A program made the position numbers and the translations under genes. A model generated the notes under the pieces. The model did not search any database, was not told the DNA's origin, and worked only from the letters and a program-made list of their open reading frames with translations. A stretch of 55,297 nt of DNA from positions 1-55,297 of the forward strand of contig MHWQ01000002.1 of NCBI GenBank assembly GCA_001824255.1, given 5' to 3'. This DNA is from Candidatus Zambryskibacteria bacterium RIFCSPLOWO2_02_FULL_51_21. Lineage in GTDB: Bacteria; Patescibacteriota; Minisyncoccia; Phycocordibacterales; Zambryskibacteraceae. This document shows positions 16,982-26,273 of this stretch, piece by piece. Within the stretch, counting starts at the first letter, position 1. Each line of letters starts with the position of its first letter.

Positions 16982-18715
16982 ATGAGACGACTCCTTCTGG
17001 TCGCTCGATACTACAGTATCGAGCCGCTGGGCATTCTCTATCTCGCCGGACTCGTTCGCGACGCTGGGTGGGAGTGCAAGGTCGTTCTCATTCACGAGTT
17101 CGATTTCACTCCTCTCTACACCACCGTAAAAGACTGGAAGCCCGACGCGGTCGGTTTCCAGGTGTGGACCGGGTATCACAAGCAGGCTTTTGCGGCTTGT
17201 GACCGGATCCGGGCCATGGGCGTGCCTGTGCTCATCGGGGGTCCACATGCCACGTACTTTCATGAAAGGTGCCTGGACCATGCTGACTTCGTGATACGAG
17301 GCGGAGGTTTCGGCCTGTTGAAGAAGTTCTTGGCCGACTCCCTTCCGTCGGGAAACCATTTCGAAAAAGGGGGGAGGGAAGAAACTTTTCCCCTCCCGGA
17401 TCGAAACTTGGTATATACCGAGTATCCGGAGATGGGGCAGAGCCCGATCAAGAGCATTTTTGGCTCGGTCGGATGCCCGTTCACCTGCAGCTACTGCTAT
17501 GCGCCGACGTTCAATCAGATGCACGGAGGGTTCGCCCTAACCGTGCGTCCGGTTGACGAGCTTGTAGCGGAGGCTCAAGGCATCTTAGCCGGATGGCCGC
17601 TTCAGATGGTGTACTTCCAAGACGACATCTTCGGCTTCGATATGGCCTGGCTCGAGGAATTCTCTCGTCGCTGGCCGAAAGAAGTCGGTGTGCCGTTCCA
17701 CTGCCAGATTCGTCTGGAACTGACGCGACATGACCAGGGAAATCGGCGACTCGACCTCTTTGGGCAGGCTGGGTGTACAGGCATCACGCTTGCCATTGAG
17801 TCGGGGAACGAGTTCCTGCGCGACCACGTGCTCTTCAGGCACATGGATGACGAGCTTATCGTCGAGGGATGTAAGAAGATTCTCGACCGTGGGCTCACTC
17901 TGCGGACTGAGCAGATTCTTGCGGTGCCATTCAGTGATCGGTCAACCGATCTCTCGACCCTGGCACTCAACAACCTGATCAATCCGACCATGGCTTGGAC
18001 CTCCATCCTTGCTCCGTACGGAGGGACAGCGATGGGGAGCATCGCCCTCAAGTATGGCCTCTACGCCGGTACCAACGATGATCTCACCGAGACGTTCTTC
18101 GATCGGAGCGTACTCCGCCATGTCGAAGGAGGTCCGCGCGATGTCCAGGAGCTCATCCGGCGTGATTCTCAGAGACAACTCCTTGCGATGGCTACTCGCG
18201 TGAACTCACATTCCGTGGAAGTCGAGGGTTCGGGAGGTGCTCTAGGCACCCTCCGGCTTCTCGACGCCGAGGCGAACGAGCGCTACTGCACCGATACGGT
18301 GCGTCTGCAACGCTTGTTCAACTGGCTCTCGCGCGTGCCGTCGGGCCACAGGCTCGGTAGCACGTTGGTCGACGTTCCCGATGACGAATGGAGTTGGGAG
18401 AGAATCGGCCGGGAAGCCGCCGCTCATCTCTCTCCGATTCGCGGCGAGGAAATGCTCGAGAAGTGGCGTCGGCAGCTTGCGGATGAGATGGGCTTGTCGC
18501 CGGAGTCGCTACCCACACCTGTGGCCGCGAATCCGTATTACTTCTGCTACCTGCCGGCGGGCGGCGTCCTCGCTCGTCAGTGCCTGGAAAAGGGTGTGTT
18601 TGCGAAAGCACGTCCGGACCAGGTGCTTGACGAGGTGGGAACGCTCACGCGTCGGCATCTCTTCGCCTATGACCTTTACAAGACCGAAGAAGGAAGCAAG
18701 GCGATTACGACCTAG
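16982..18715 (+). CDS. B12-binding-domain radical SAM protein (class B-like) with a ~180-aa C-terminal extension
   Basis: N-terminal Rossmann-like B12-binding region (PDAVGFQVWTGYHKQAFAACDRIRAMGVPVLIGGPHAT). CX3CX2C cluster motif GSVGCPFTCSYCY. It is conspicuously GC-rich: I counted 36/60 and 40/60 G+C in the lines starting at 17041 and 18301. Confidence 0.85.
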   Translation: MRRLLLVARYYSIEPLGILYLAGLVRDAGWECKVVLIHEFDFTPLYTTVKDWKPDAVGFQVWTGYHKQAFAACDRIRAMGVPVLIGGPHATYFHERCLDHADFVIRGGGFGLLKKFLADSLPSGNHFEKGGREETFPLPDRNLVYTEYPEMGQSPIKSIFGSVGCPFTCSYCYAPTFNQMHGGFALTVRPVDELVAEAQGILAGWPLQMVYFQDDIFGFDMAWLEEFSRRWPKEVGVPFHCQIRLELTRHDQGNRRLDLFGQAGCTGITLAIESGNEFLRDHVLFRHMDDELIVEGCKKILDRGLTLRTEQILAVPFSDRSTDLSTLALNNLINPTMAWTSILAPYGGTAMGSIALKYGLYAGTNDDLTETFFDRSVLRHVEGGPRDVQELIRRDSQRQLLAMATRVNSHSVEVEGSGGALGTLRLLDAEANERYCTDTVRLQRLFNWLSRVPSGHRLGSTLVDVPDDEWSWERIGREAAAHLSPIRGEEMLEKWRRQLADEMGLSPESLPTPVAANPYYFCYLPAGGVLARQCLEKGVFAKARPDQVLDEVGTLTRRHLFAYDLYKTEEGSKAITT

Positions 18716-18720
18716 CACAC

Positions 18721-18753
18721 CCCGCGCTGTACTTGTGCAGCGCGGGTTTTCTT
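18721..18753 (+). terminator. Rho-independent terminator after the radical-SAM gene
   Basis: CCCGCGCTG (18721-18729), an 8-nt loop, CAGCGCGGG (18738-18746), then TTTTCTT. Confidence 0.8.
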
Positions 18754-18771
18754 AATCTACTTTTTCTTAAT

Positions 18772-19470
18772 TCAGACTTTGTAAGCAGTCGTATCGAAAT
18801 TATTCCTGAACCATTTGTAGCCGAAACTCTCAAGCCAATTGACACTCGCCCTCTTGTCGGCGTCTGATAGTAAAACGCTCTCAAAATTGATAATGCTCGG
18901 TCTCCATTTACCTAGGTCGATTGTTTTCAATATTTCCCAGTCATAACCTTCGCAGTCTATTTGGAGAAGGTCTAGTCGATTTTGGCCAGCCATAACATCT
19001 TCAAACGTCAGAGCTTCGACTTCAATCTCTCGAATGGTGCCTACGTCATTGGTCTGGCTCTTGATGGTACGTTCGAGTCTATTCTTATCGAGAGAGGCAA
19101 TGCTCGTTTCTTTTTCTGGTACATATAAAGTGACGAAGCCTTTCTTGTTGGCGATTGCGACGTTGAGGCATCTTACGTTTGGGCACTCGGCATAATTCTT
19201 TTGGAGCAGTGGAAATACTTCGGATTGCGGCTCAATGACTATTCCTCTTAAGTTATATTTGACGATGAAAGGATATATAGGATCTTTATGTTTTCCATCA
19301 TATGCGCCTATTTGGACAAAAAAGAAATTAGCCGGGTCAATTTTTGAGAAATAGATGTCGAAGAGGTGCTCTCCTCTAAGGGGAAAGAGTTTCTGGGGAT
19401 CGTTTAAATCTCTAGTTCTCACAATAGAGAGACCTATTGATTGGAGAAGCTTTTTAATAGCTTTCTTCAT
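18772..19470 (-). CDS. FkbM-family methyltransferase
   Basis: VQIGAYDGKHKDPIYPF...IVIEPQSEVFPLLQKNY...LLQIDCEGYDWEIL is the FkbM pattern. I chose the start at Met26 of the track ORF (MKKAIKKLL, ATG at 19470), which avoids overlapping the divergent gene. The gene is AT-rich (21/60 G+C in the line starting at 19261). Confidence 0.75.
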   Translation of the reverse strand: MKKAIKKLLQSIGLSIVRTRDLNDPQKLFPLRGEHLFDIYFSKIDPANFFFVQIGAYDGKHKDPIYPFIVKYNLRGIVIEPQSEVFPLLQKNYAECPNVRCLNVAIANKKGFVTLYVPEKETSIASLDKNRLERTIKSQTNDVGTIREIEVEALTFEDVMAGQNRLDLLQIDCEGYDWEILKTIDLGKWRPSIINFESVLLSDADKRASVNWLESFGYKWFRNNFDTTAYKV

Positions 19471-19521
19471 GAAAGTAATTAGAATGGTAACAACAACTCT
19501 TACGAGAAGCAAAGAAACATT

Positions 19522-20130
19522 ATGGAGCTTAAGCCACAGATGCAACCAGGAGAAATAGCGATCATGGAGAAACTTTTGCTTTCATATAGCTCGCACGTTG
19601 ACGTTTTGGAATGGGGAAGCGGCGGGAGCACAGTTTATTTCACAAGATTTTTAAGGAAGAAAGGGATTTCTTATACATGGGAAAGTGTTGAATATAACAA
19701 ATTGTGGTACGAGAAGATTCTCGCCGAATTGAAGGGTGATAAGCATACCTCACTAACACTTTTTGATATCGGCAATAATGAAAATAAGCAACGCGAGGAA
19801 CTGATGAATGAGTATGTTGCATATCCGGCAACACTCGGCAAAAAGTTCGATATCATTATTGTCGACGGTCGTAAACGCCGCCGCTGTCTTATTGAGGCAA
19901 CCCAGCTATTGAAGCCCGGAGGAACCGTTCTTCTCCACGACGGGCGCCGCACGTACTACCACTGCGCCTTCAAGCACTATCCTGATTCCCGCATCCTCTC
20001 TCGAAGCGGCCTATGGCGAGGGAAGCTGGAAGACCCGGGGTTTCTGTCCCGGGCATTTAACGCCCTATTATATTGGCTTTTCAGGACTTACACGTTCTCT
20101 TTCCGTTTTTTCCACTTCTCCCATTCTTGA
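19522..20130 (+). CDS. Class I SAM-dependent methyltransferase (O-methyltransferase-like)
   Basis: VLEWGSGGSTVYF (SAM loop) and FDIIIVDGRKRRRCLIEATQLLKPGGTVLLHD. The start could instead be 19540 or 19564. Confidence 0.6.
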   Translation: MELKPQMQPGEIAIMEKLLLSYSSHVDVLEWGSGGSTVYFTRFLRKKGISYTWESVEYNKLWYEKILAELKGDKHTSLTLFDIGNNENKQREELMNEYVAYPATLGKKFDIIIVDGRKRRRCLIEATQLLKPGGTVLLHDGRRTYYHCAFKHYPDSRILSRSGLWRGKLEDPGFLSRAFNALLYWLFRTYTFSFRFFHFSHS

Positions 20131-20284
20131 TAAATCTTGCAGCTACTATCTTTGACCGTGCTAGTATGAATTCACCTCAATTGATGTTGTTTTCTGTAAT
20201 CCGCATTATTATTAATTTTGTACTATACTGAGCCTTTCTGGCGTAACATTTTCATTTCGGCTTGTTCCGAATCATCAATAAAAT

Positions 20285-20941
20285 ATGTTTAAGAAATTAG
20301 GAGATAAATTGTTTTATAGAGGGGGTTTTTTCCACCCGACTAGGGGATTGAAATTGAATTGGGAGAATGATTTTAAACAAGCTGTTAAAGAGCATAAACT
20401 TATACTAAATATTGGGGCAGGACAGCATGATAAGACAGGGACAATCAGTATTGACCCGGCATATGATACCGAAGACGCGACGCATTTGAAGGCCCTTGGA
20501 GAGGACTTGCCGTACCCGGACAATAATGTGGATATGGTAGTGTGCGGGGCGGTGTTGGAGCATGTTCAATCACCAGCGAAAATAGTAAAAGAGATTCACC
20601 GAGTTTTAAAAGTCGGAGGCACTATGTACGTTGACATACCGTTTCTCTACCCTTTTCACAAAGCGCCTTCGGATTATAATCGATTGACTCAAGAGGGTTT
20701 AGATTATTTGTGCAGAGATTTTGTAAAAATTGAGTCAGGGATGTCTATGGGTACACACTCAGCGCTAGCACAAATAATCGTTTTCTATTTTCAGAATCTC
20801 TCTGGCAGCCCATTTTTAAATAAAATCTTGAAGAATGCCGCGAAAGTCGCGGTAAGTCCGCTAAAGTATTTGGATCAGGTATTTCCCGGCACACCGATAT
20901 TGGCAGGGGGCTTCTACTTCTACGGGAAGAAAAATAAATGA
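20285..20941 (+). CDS. Class I SAM-dependent methyltransferase (Methyltransf_11-like)
   Basis: ILNIGAGQHD...VDMVVCGAVLEHVQSPAKIVKEIHRVLKVGGTMYVDIPF. Confidence 0.75.
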   Translation: MFKKLGDKLFYRGGFFHPTRGLKLNWENDFKQAVKEHKLILNIGAGQHDKTGTISIDPAYDTEDATHLKALGEDLPYPDNNVDMVVCGAVLEHVQSPAKIVKEIHRVLKVGGTMYVDIPFLYPFHKAPSDYNRLTQEGLDYLCRDFVKIESGMSMGTHSALAQIIVFYFQNLSGSPFLNKILKNAAKVAVSPLKYLDQVFPGTPILAGGFYFYGKKNK

Positions 20942-22137
20942 AAATATTATTTCTACAAGACGATTTTCCGCCGCAAAGCTTCGGAGGAGCGGGAATTTCC
21001 GCCTACGAGTTGGCTCTGGAAATGAAAAAGGCCGGCCATGAAATTTCTGTTATAACAACCTGCCGGAACCAGAATGAAGAGGGGAAAACTGATTATGACG
21101 GACTCACAGTCTTCAAAATCGCAAGCAATTACAGTGAAAGATGGCGCTGGTATCTAAGTCTCTATAATTGCGGGGTCGTAAAAAAAGTCGAGAAAATTCT
21201 GTCAGAATTGAGCCCTGATGTGGTCCATGTCCACAATATTCATACCCACCTCTCTTATTATTCGCTGAAGCTTGCCAAGCGCCATGCCAGAGCGACAGTC
21301 ATGACCTTCCGCGACGTGATGGCCTTCAGCTTCGCCAAGCTTGACACAAAAAAATATCTGGAGAACCAAGATGTGAAAGTCACGTGGCTTGACCAGATAA
21401 GGCAAGCCGGGAAAAGATGGAATCCCTTCCGCAACATTATTATTAGGCATTATCTGAAATACGCTGATAGGAAATTTGCCATAAGCTATGCTTTGAAAGA
21501 CGCTCTAGCGCAAAACGGAATCAATGATGTCGAGGTTATCTATAACGGCATTAACGTAAGCGAGTGGAAGGCAAGTGATGAGGAAGTAAAGGATTTCAAA
21601 AAGAAACACCAGTTAGAGAACAAGAAAGTAATATTCTTCAACGGCCGCTTGAGTCCGGCTAAAGGGTCGGAGCAGGCTCTGGAAGCGGTTCGTCTAGTTA
21701 GAAAAGAATTTTCCGAAGCGGTTCTCTTGGTTGCCGGCACAGGGAATATGGAGCCAAGAGAGGGCCTGATTTTTACCGGTTGGCTCGACAGGGAGGAGAT
21801 AAAACTCGCTTATACCGCTTCCGACCTGGTGCTCATGCCCTCCGTATGTTTCGATGCCTTCGGCCGGGTAAATATCGAGGCCATGGCGTCAAAAAAGCCT
21901 ATTATAGGCACCCGCTTCGGCGGTACGCCGGAGATTGTGGAAGACGGCCAGACGGGTTATATTGTAAATCCGCTTTACCCGGAGCAAATTGCCGAAAAAA
22001 CCTTGATTCTGCTCAAAAACCCGGAAAGAGCCAAGCAATTTGGCCAAGTCGGCTACGCGCGGGCGCAAAAGTGTTTCAATTTGCATGATAAGGCAATAGA
22101 GTATCAATCGATCTATTTGTACCTATGCTCAAGCTAA
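20938..22137 (+). CDS. Glycosyltransferase family 4
   Basis: MKILFLQDDFPPQSFGGAGISAYELALEM N-terminus. EX7E motif FGRVNIEAMASKKPIIGTRFGGTPEIVEDGQTGYIV. ATGA overlap with the upstream gene. Confidence 0.85.
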   Translation: MKILFLQDDFPPQSFGGAGISAYELALEMKKAGHEISVITTCRNQNEEGKTDYDGLTVFKIASNYSERWRWYLSLYNCGVVKKVEKILSELSPDVVHVHNIHTHLSYYSLKLAKRHARATVMTFRDVMAFSFAKLDTKKYLENQDVKVTWLDQIRQAGKRWNPFRNIIIRHYLKYADRKFAISYALKDALAQNGINDVEVIYNGINVSEWKASDEEVKDFKKKHQLENKKVIFFNGRLSPAKGSEQALEAVRLVRKEFSEAVLLVAGTGNMEPREGLIFTGWLDREEIKLAYTASDLVLMPSVCFDAFGRVNIEAMASKKPIIGTRFGGTPEIVEDGQTGYIVNPLYPEQIAEKTLILLKNPERAKQFGQVGYARAQKCFNLHDKAIEYQSIYLYLCSS

Positions 22138-22688
22138 AATATTTCATCAAAAAACTTCTCGCTTCGGTTGGCCTATATCACCCCTCGCTCGGGATTAAAA
22201 TTAGTTCGGAGGCCAAAGGCAAGGTTCTCTTAGAGCACATCCGGCCCGAGCACAAGGTATTCGTTGAAACTGGCACTTACAACGGCGACATGATCGCGAG
22301 GATGAAACCTTATTTCGAAAAGATTTATTCTATTGAGCTCGACCTCACTCTCTATCAAAAAGCGGTTGATAGATTCAAAAATGATCCAAACATTGTCCTA
22401 TTGAACGGAGATAGTGCCGATGAAATAAATAAGGTATTACCAGAGCTTAAAAACCCCGCTCTTTTCTGGCTTGATGCCCACGGGAGAGGGAGCATTACCG
22501 CAGACAATTCTCCTATAATCGGCGAACTGTACGCTATATTTGCTCACCCAATAAAGGAACACTCAATACTGATTGATGATGCGCGCCATTTCGATAGGGA
22601 CACCATCAGAACCATGAAAAGTTTGGCAAATGCCCACGGCTATGCATTCGCTATTAAGCATGGTATTTTTATCCTAAATGGAAAGTAA
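22125..22688 (+). CDS. Hypothetical protein, possibly with a SAM-methyltransferase fold
   Basis: VFVETGTYNGDMIARM...IYSIELDLTLYQKAV...VLLNGDSADEI...LFWLDAHG resembles a Rossmann-type methyltransferase core. The call is weak. Confidence 0.4.
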   Translation: MLKLKYFIKKLLASVGLYHPSLGIKISSEAKGKVLLEHIRPEHKVFVETGTYNGDMIARMKPYFEKIYSIELDLTLYQKAVDRFKNDPNIVLLNGDSADEINKVLPELKNPALFWLDAHGRGSITADNSPIIGELYAIFAHPIKEHSILIDDARHFDRDTIRTMKSLANAHGYAFAIKHGIFILNGK

Positions 22689-23463
22689 GAAACATATCGT
22701 TGGTATTATTCCCGCCAGAATGACATCAACCCGGTATCCGGGCAAACCACTTGCGTCTATTTTAGGCATGCCGATGATTGGACACGTTTACAAACGCGCC
22801 AAGATGAGCGCTTCCTTAGATGAGGTATACATCGTCACGCCGGATGAAGTGATAGCTGATTATGCAAAATCTATTGGAGCCAAAGTGGTAATGGGTAGAA
22901 ACGACCATCCTGGTTGTGTCGACATTACTGCCGAAGCGCTCTCAAAAATCGAAGCCGAGACGGGAAAAACGGCAGATATCATTGCTATGCTTCAGGGCGA
23001 TGAGCCCATGATTGTTCCAGATATGATTGATCTGGCAATAAGGCCGTTTCTCGAAGACTCAAAAGTCCAGGTTGTTAATCTTATGGCGCCAATCAGAAGT
23101 GAAGAAGAGCACAATGACCCCAATTACCCCAAGGTTGTGGTAGACCTCGAGAACAACGCTCTATATTTCTCTCGCGAGCCGATACCGTCGAAAAAGAAAT
23201 GGGATGGCAAGCGGGAGCGCAGGCTCTATAAACAAGTCTGCATCATTCCTTTCAACAGAGATGCTCTCATACAATTCGGTCTCTGGGGACCTACTCCTCT
23301 GGAGAGAATAGAATCAATAGACATGAATCGGTTTCTTGAACATGGGCACAAGGTGAGAATGGTTTATGAAGAATATGAGACTTATTCAGTCGATACGCCC
23401 CAAGACCTTTCCAAGGTGGAGAAGCATATGTTGCAGGATCCTTTAGTCAAGCAATATGCCTGA
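22678..23463 (+). CDS. CMP-sugar-type cytidylyltransferase (KdsB / acylneuraminate cytidylyltransferase family)
   Basis: IVGIIPARMTSTRYPGKPLASILGMPMIGHVYKRA plus LQGDEPMI are the CTP_transf_3 patterns. Confidence 0.8.
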   Translation: MESKKHIVGIIPARMTSTRYPGKPLASILGMPMIGHVYKRAKMSASLDEVYIVTPDEVIADYAKSIGAKVVMGRNDHPGCVDITAEALSKIEAETGKTADIIAMLQGDEPMIVPDMIDLAIRPFLEDSKVQVVNLMAPIRSEEEHNDPNYPKVVVDLENNALYFSREPIPSKKKWDGKRERRLYKQVCIIPFNRDALIQFGLWGPTPLERIESIDMNRFLEHGHKVRMVYEEYETYSVDTPQDLSKVEKHMLQDPLVKQYA

Positions 23464-25312
23464 AGCAAGCATCATTATTCGCACCTATAATGAGGAGAAG
23501 CATCTGGGGAATCTTTTACGCGCGCTCAAGCGGCAAACGCATCAGAATTTCGAAATTATCGTTGTTGATTCAGGCTCTTCCGACCGGACGCTTGAGATCG
23601 CGCGTGAAGCCGGAGTGAGGGTTATCGAGATTGAGAGCCGGCATTTCACCTTCGGCTCGGCCTTAAACATCGGCGCTCGCGAAGCAAGGGGCCGATATCT
23701 CGTCTTTGCTTCCGCTCACGTCCTGCCGGTTGATGATGAGTGGTTGGCAAATCTCCTCTCGCCCTTCAAAGAGAGCCGTGTGGCAATGGTGTATGGCAGG
23801 CAGTTAGGCGTTACCCAATCTAAATTTTCCGAACAAGTAGACTTTAAGCGGCTATTCGGTGCGTCGGAGTACAACTCGAATGTTCCGCTCTATTATGCCA
23901 ACAACGCAAACTCAGCAGTGCGCCGCGATCTCTGGCAGAAACGTGTCTTTGACGAGTACCTTTTTGGACTTGAGGATATTGAATGGGCAAGAGAGATGGT
24001 TAAGCGCAGTTATTTGGTGCGTTACGCGCCGAAGGCCGGAGTCTACCACATCCACGAAGAGACATGGTCTCAAGTTTTTAACCGCTACCGCCGCGAAGCT
24101 GTTGCCGCTGTGAGGATTGATTTAGCCCGTCCGCCCCAAGCCAAACTCGGCATCTTTTGGCTTATCTGGTACACACTGATTGATCTCGTTTACTCTTTTC
24201 CCGACTACTCACGAGTGCGTCTCGAAGAGATTCTCCGTTTCCGCTATTACCAGTGGAAGGGTAGTCGCATAGGTTGGGAACAGGGGAGGACAATTGATTT
24301 CCAGAAAGATAAGGATAAGCTCTTCTACCCCGCCAATAACCGTGCCGTCGTAATCAAGGGAGTAGGTAAAGCCGAATACGAGGAAGTGCCATTGCCTGAA
24401 ATCAAGCATGGAGATGTGTTGGTAAGGGTGGCGTATGTCGGTATCTGCCGCACAGACCTCGAAGTCTATGAAGGCACGCTCGGCTATTATAAAAAGGGGA
24501 TTGCCAGTTATCCGATTGTGCCCGGCCACGAATATTGCGGTACGGTGGTGCGCATCGGCGGCAGCCCGCGCTATCAGGAACGCCTAAGGATTGGTCAGAA
24601 AGTCATCGGCGAGTGCATCGTCTCGAAAGATGAGAAAAAACAACGGCAGGAAATTGGAGTGGTAAATTACAACGGCGCTTACAGCGACTACGTCGTGGTG
24701 CCCGGCCACATGGTTCACAAGGTTCCGGACGAGGTTGACCTTCTCTCCGCGGCGCTCGTCGAGCCGCTATCAGTCGTGATGCGGGGCATCTCCCGAATCG
24801 AGAAGCGGCTGAAACCAAAATCGCGTGTAGGCATTATTGGTGCGGGACCGATTGGAAACTTCTCCGCGCAAGCGCTCGCTCTTGAAGGCCATGAGGTTAC
24901 GGTCTTCGACCGGCGTGAAGATCGGCTGGCGCTTATTAAAGAAAAAATTTTTAACGTCTCAACCGAGCTTGAGCATTTAAACGAGTTTGACATTGTCATT
25001 GAAGCGACGGGTTCTAAAGAAGCTCTTGAAAAAGTGCTTTGCGACACCACGGTGGGGAGCACGCTTCTCTTGCTTGGGTTTCCTTATGGAGATGTGCAAT
25101 TTAATTTCGAAGATGTTGTGGCCAGAGAGAAGGATATCGTCGGCTCCGTGGGCGCTGGATGGGAGGACTTCGCCAAAGCGATTAACCTTCTGCCGCAGAT
25201 TGATACGGCGCCGTTTAAACACAAAGTCATTCCGCTCAAAGATTTCAAAACAGCGTGGGAGCTTCTTCGAGAGGGGAAGGACTTCAAAATTATCCTCCAG
25301 CCAGGAGCTTGA
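23456..25312 (+). CDS. Fusion of a GT2 glycosyltransferase (N-terminal) with a zinc-type medium-chain alcohol/polyol dehydrogenase (C-terminal)
   Basis: GT2 part: ASIIIRTYNEEKHLGNLLRALKRQTHQNFEIIVVDSGSSDRT. MDR part: GDVLVRVAYVGICRTDLEVYEG...VPGHEYCGTV and the NAD loop GIIGAGPIGNF. It is a single uninterrupted 618-aa ORF. Confidence 0.8.
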   Translation: MPEASIIIRTYNEEKHLGNLLRALKRQTHQNFEIIVVDSGSSDRTLEIAREAGVRVIEIESRHFTFGSALNIGAREARGRYLVFASAHVLPVDDEWLANLLSPFKESRVAMVYGRQLGVTQSKFSEQVDFKRLFGASEYNSNVPLYYANNANSAVRRDLWQKRVFDEYLFGLEDIEWAREMVKRSYLVRYAPKAGVYHIHEETWSQVFNRYRREAVAAVRIDLARPPQAKLGIFWLIWYTLIDLVYSFPDYSRVRLEEILRFRYYQWKGSRIGWEQGRTIDFQKDKDKLFYPANNRAVVIKGVGKAEYEEVPLPEIKHGDVLVRVAYVGICRTDLEVYEGTLGYYKKGIASYPIVPGHEYCGTVVRIGGSPRYQERLRIGQKVIGECIVSKDEKKQRQEIGVVNYNGAYSDYVVVPGHMVHKVPDEVDLLSAALVEPLSVVMRGISRIEKRLKPKSRVGIIGAGPIGNFSAQALALEGHEVTVFDRREDRLALIKEKIFNVSTELEHLNEFDIVIEATGSKEALEKVLCDTTVGSTLLLLGFPYGDVQFNFEDVVAREKDIVGSVGAGWEDFAKAINLLPQIDTAPFKHKVIPLKDFKTAWELLREGKDFKIILQPGA

Positions 25313-25358
25313 AAGGCATTTACCTAAATCACATTTTGTGGCAGTATATTGAATATTT

Positions 25359-26273
25359 ATGAAGTACAAAGTACTCATTACTGCTCCCTATTTCCAGCCG
25401 GTAGTCGAGCGATTTCTGCCTCTTTTCACGAAGCATAATATCGAGGTAGTTGTCCCAAAGGTTAACGAACGCATGTCGGAAGAGGAACTTCTGCCTCTTA
25501 TCGGAGACATCCACGGCGTTCTCTGCGGCGATGACAGGATTACCGAAAGGGTTCTTGCTGCTGCTCCAAATTTAAAAACAATTGTTAAGTGGGGTACTGG
25601 CATCGATTCGATTGATAAAGAGGCAGCGGCGCGCCGAGGCATTCCTGTGAGAAATACGCTCAACGCTTTTACCGAACCGGTGGCCGACACTATTTTCGCT
25701 TTCATGCTTGCTTTCGCGCGTGGCACAATCGACCTTGATCGCAAGATGAGAAATGGAATTTGGGAGAAGAAGCTCAGCAAGGCTTTGAATGAGTGTACGA
25801 TAGGTATTATTGGTATGGGCAACATTGGTACGGCTGTTGCGAAACGTGCCGAAGCGTTCGGCATGCGAATTCTCGGCAATGACATCGTAGAGAAACCGCA
25901 TGAGTTTATGGTCCCGATAGAGAAGCTTCTTGCCGAATCGGATTTTGTCGCCGTTTGTACCGATTTGAATCCCACGAGCCGCTACATTATTGATGACAAG
26001 ACACTCGCGCTCATGAAGGCTGGTGCCTACCTTATCAATGCTTCACGAGGCCCACTTGTTGATGAAAAAGCGCTTATCAAGGCTCTCAAAGAGGGTAGGG
26101 TTGCCGGCGCCGGAATCGACGTCTTCGAGGTTGAGCCATTACCCACCGGCCATCCTTATTTTGGAATGGGAAATGTCATTATGTCTCCACATAACGCCAA
26201 CTCGAGCTTAAAAGCGTGGGAGAAAGTGCATGAAAATTCTCTTCGCCAGCTATTCGAAGATCTCGCGTCATGA
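25359..26273 (+). CDS. D-isomer-specific 2-hydroxyacid dehydrogenase family protein
   Basis: NAD loop IGIIGMGNIGTAVAKRAEAFGM. Catalytic region NASRGPLVDEKAL...GAGIDVFEVEP...SPHNA. Confidence 0.85.
   Translation: MKYKVLITAPYFQPVVERFLPLFTKHNIEVVVPKVNERMSEEELLPLIGDIHGVLCGDDRITERVLAAAPNLKTIVKWGTGIDSIDKEAAARRGIPVRNTLNAFTEPVADTIFAFMLAFARGTIDLDRKMRNGIWEKKLSKALNECTIGIIGMGNIGTAVAKRAEAFGMRILGNDIVEKPHEFMVPIEKLLAESDFVAVCTDLNPTSRYIIDDKTLALMKAGAYLINASRGPLVDEKALIKALKEGRVAGAGIDVFEVEPLPTGHPYFGMGNVIMSPHNANSSLKAWEKVHENSLRQLFEDLAS

Noticed and set aside
16964-17524. A 186-aa minus-strand ORF at the 5' end of the radical-SAM gene
   Set aside because: It is antisense to the CX3CX2C-bearing gene, in GC-rich DNA where long spurious ORFs are expected.
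20131-20284. A possible promoter and a 21-aa ORF (MNSPQLMLFSVIRIIINFVLY) in the spacer before the methyltransferase at 20285
   Set aside because: There is no convincing -35/-10 spacing, no SD and no terminator. The ORF is indistinguishable from chance in AT-rich DNA.
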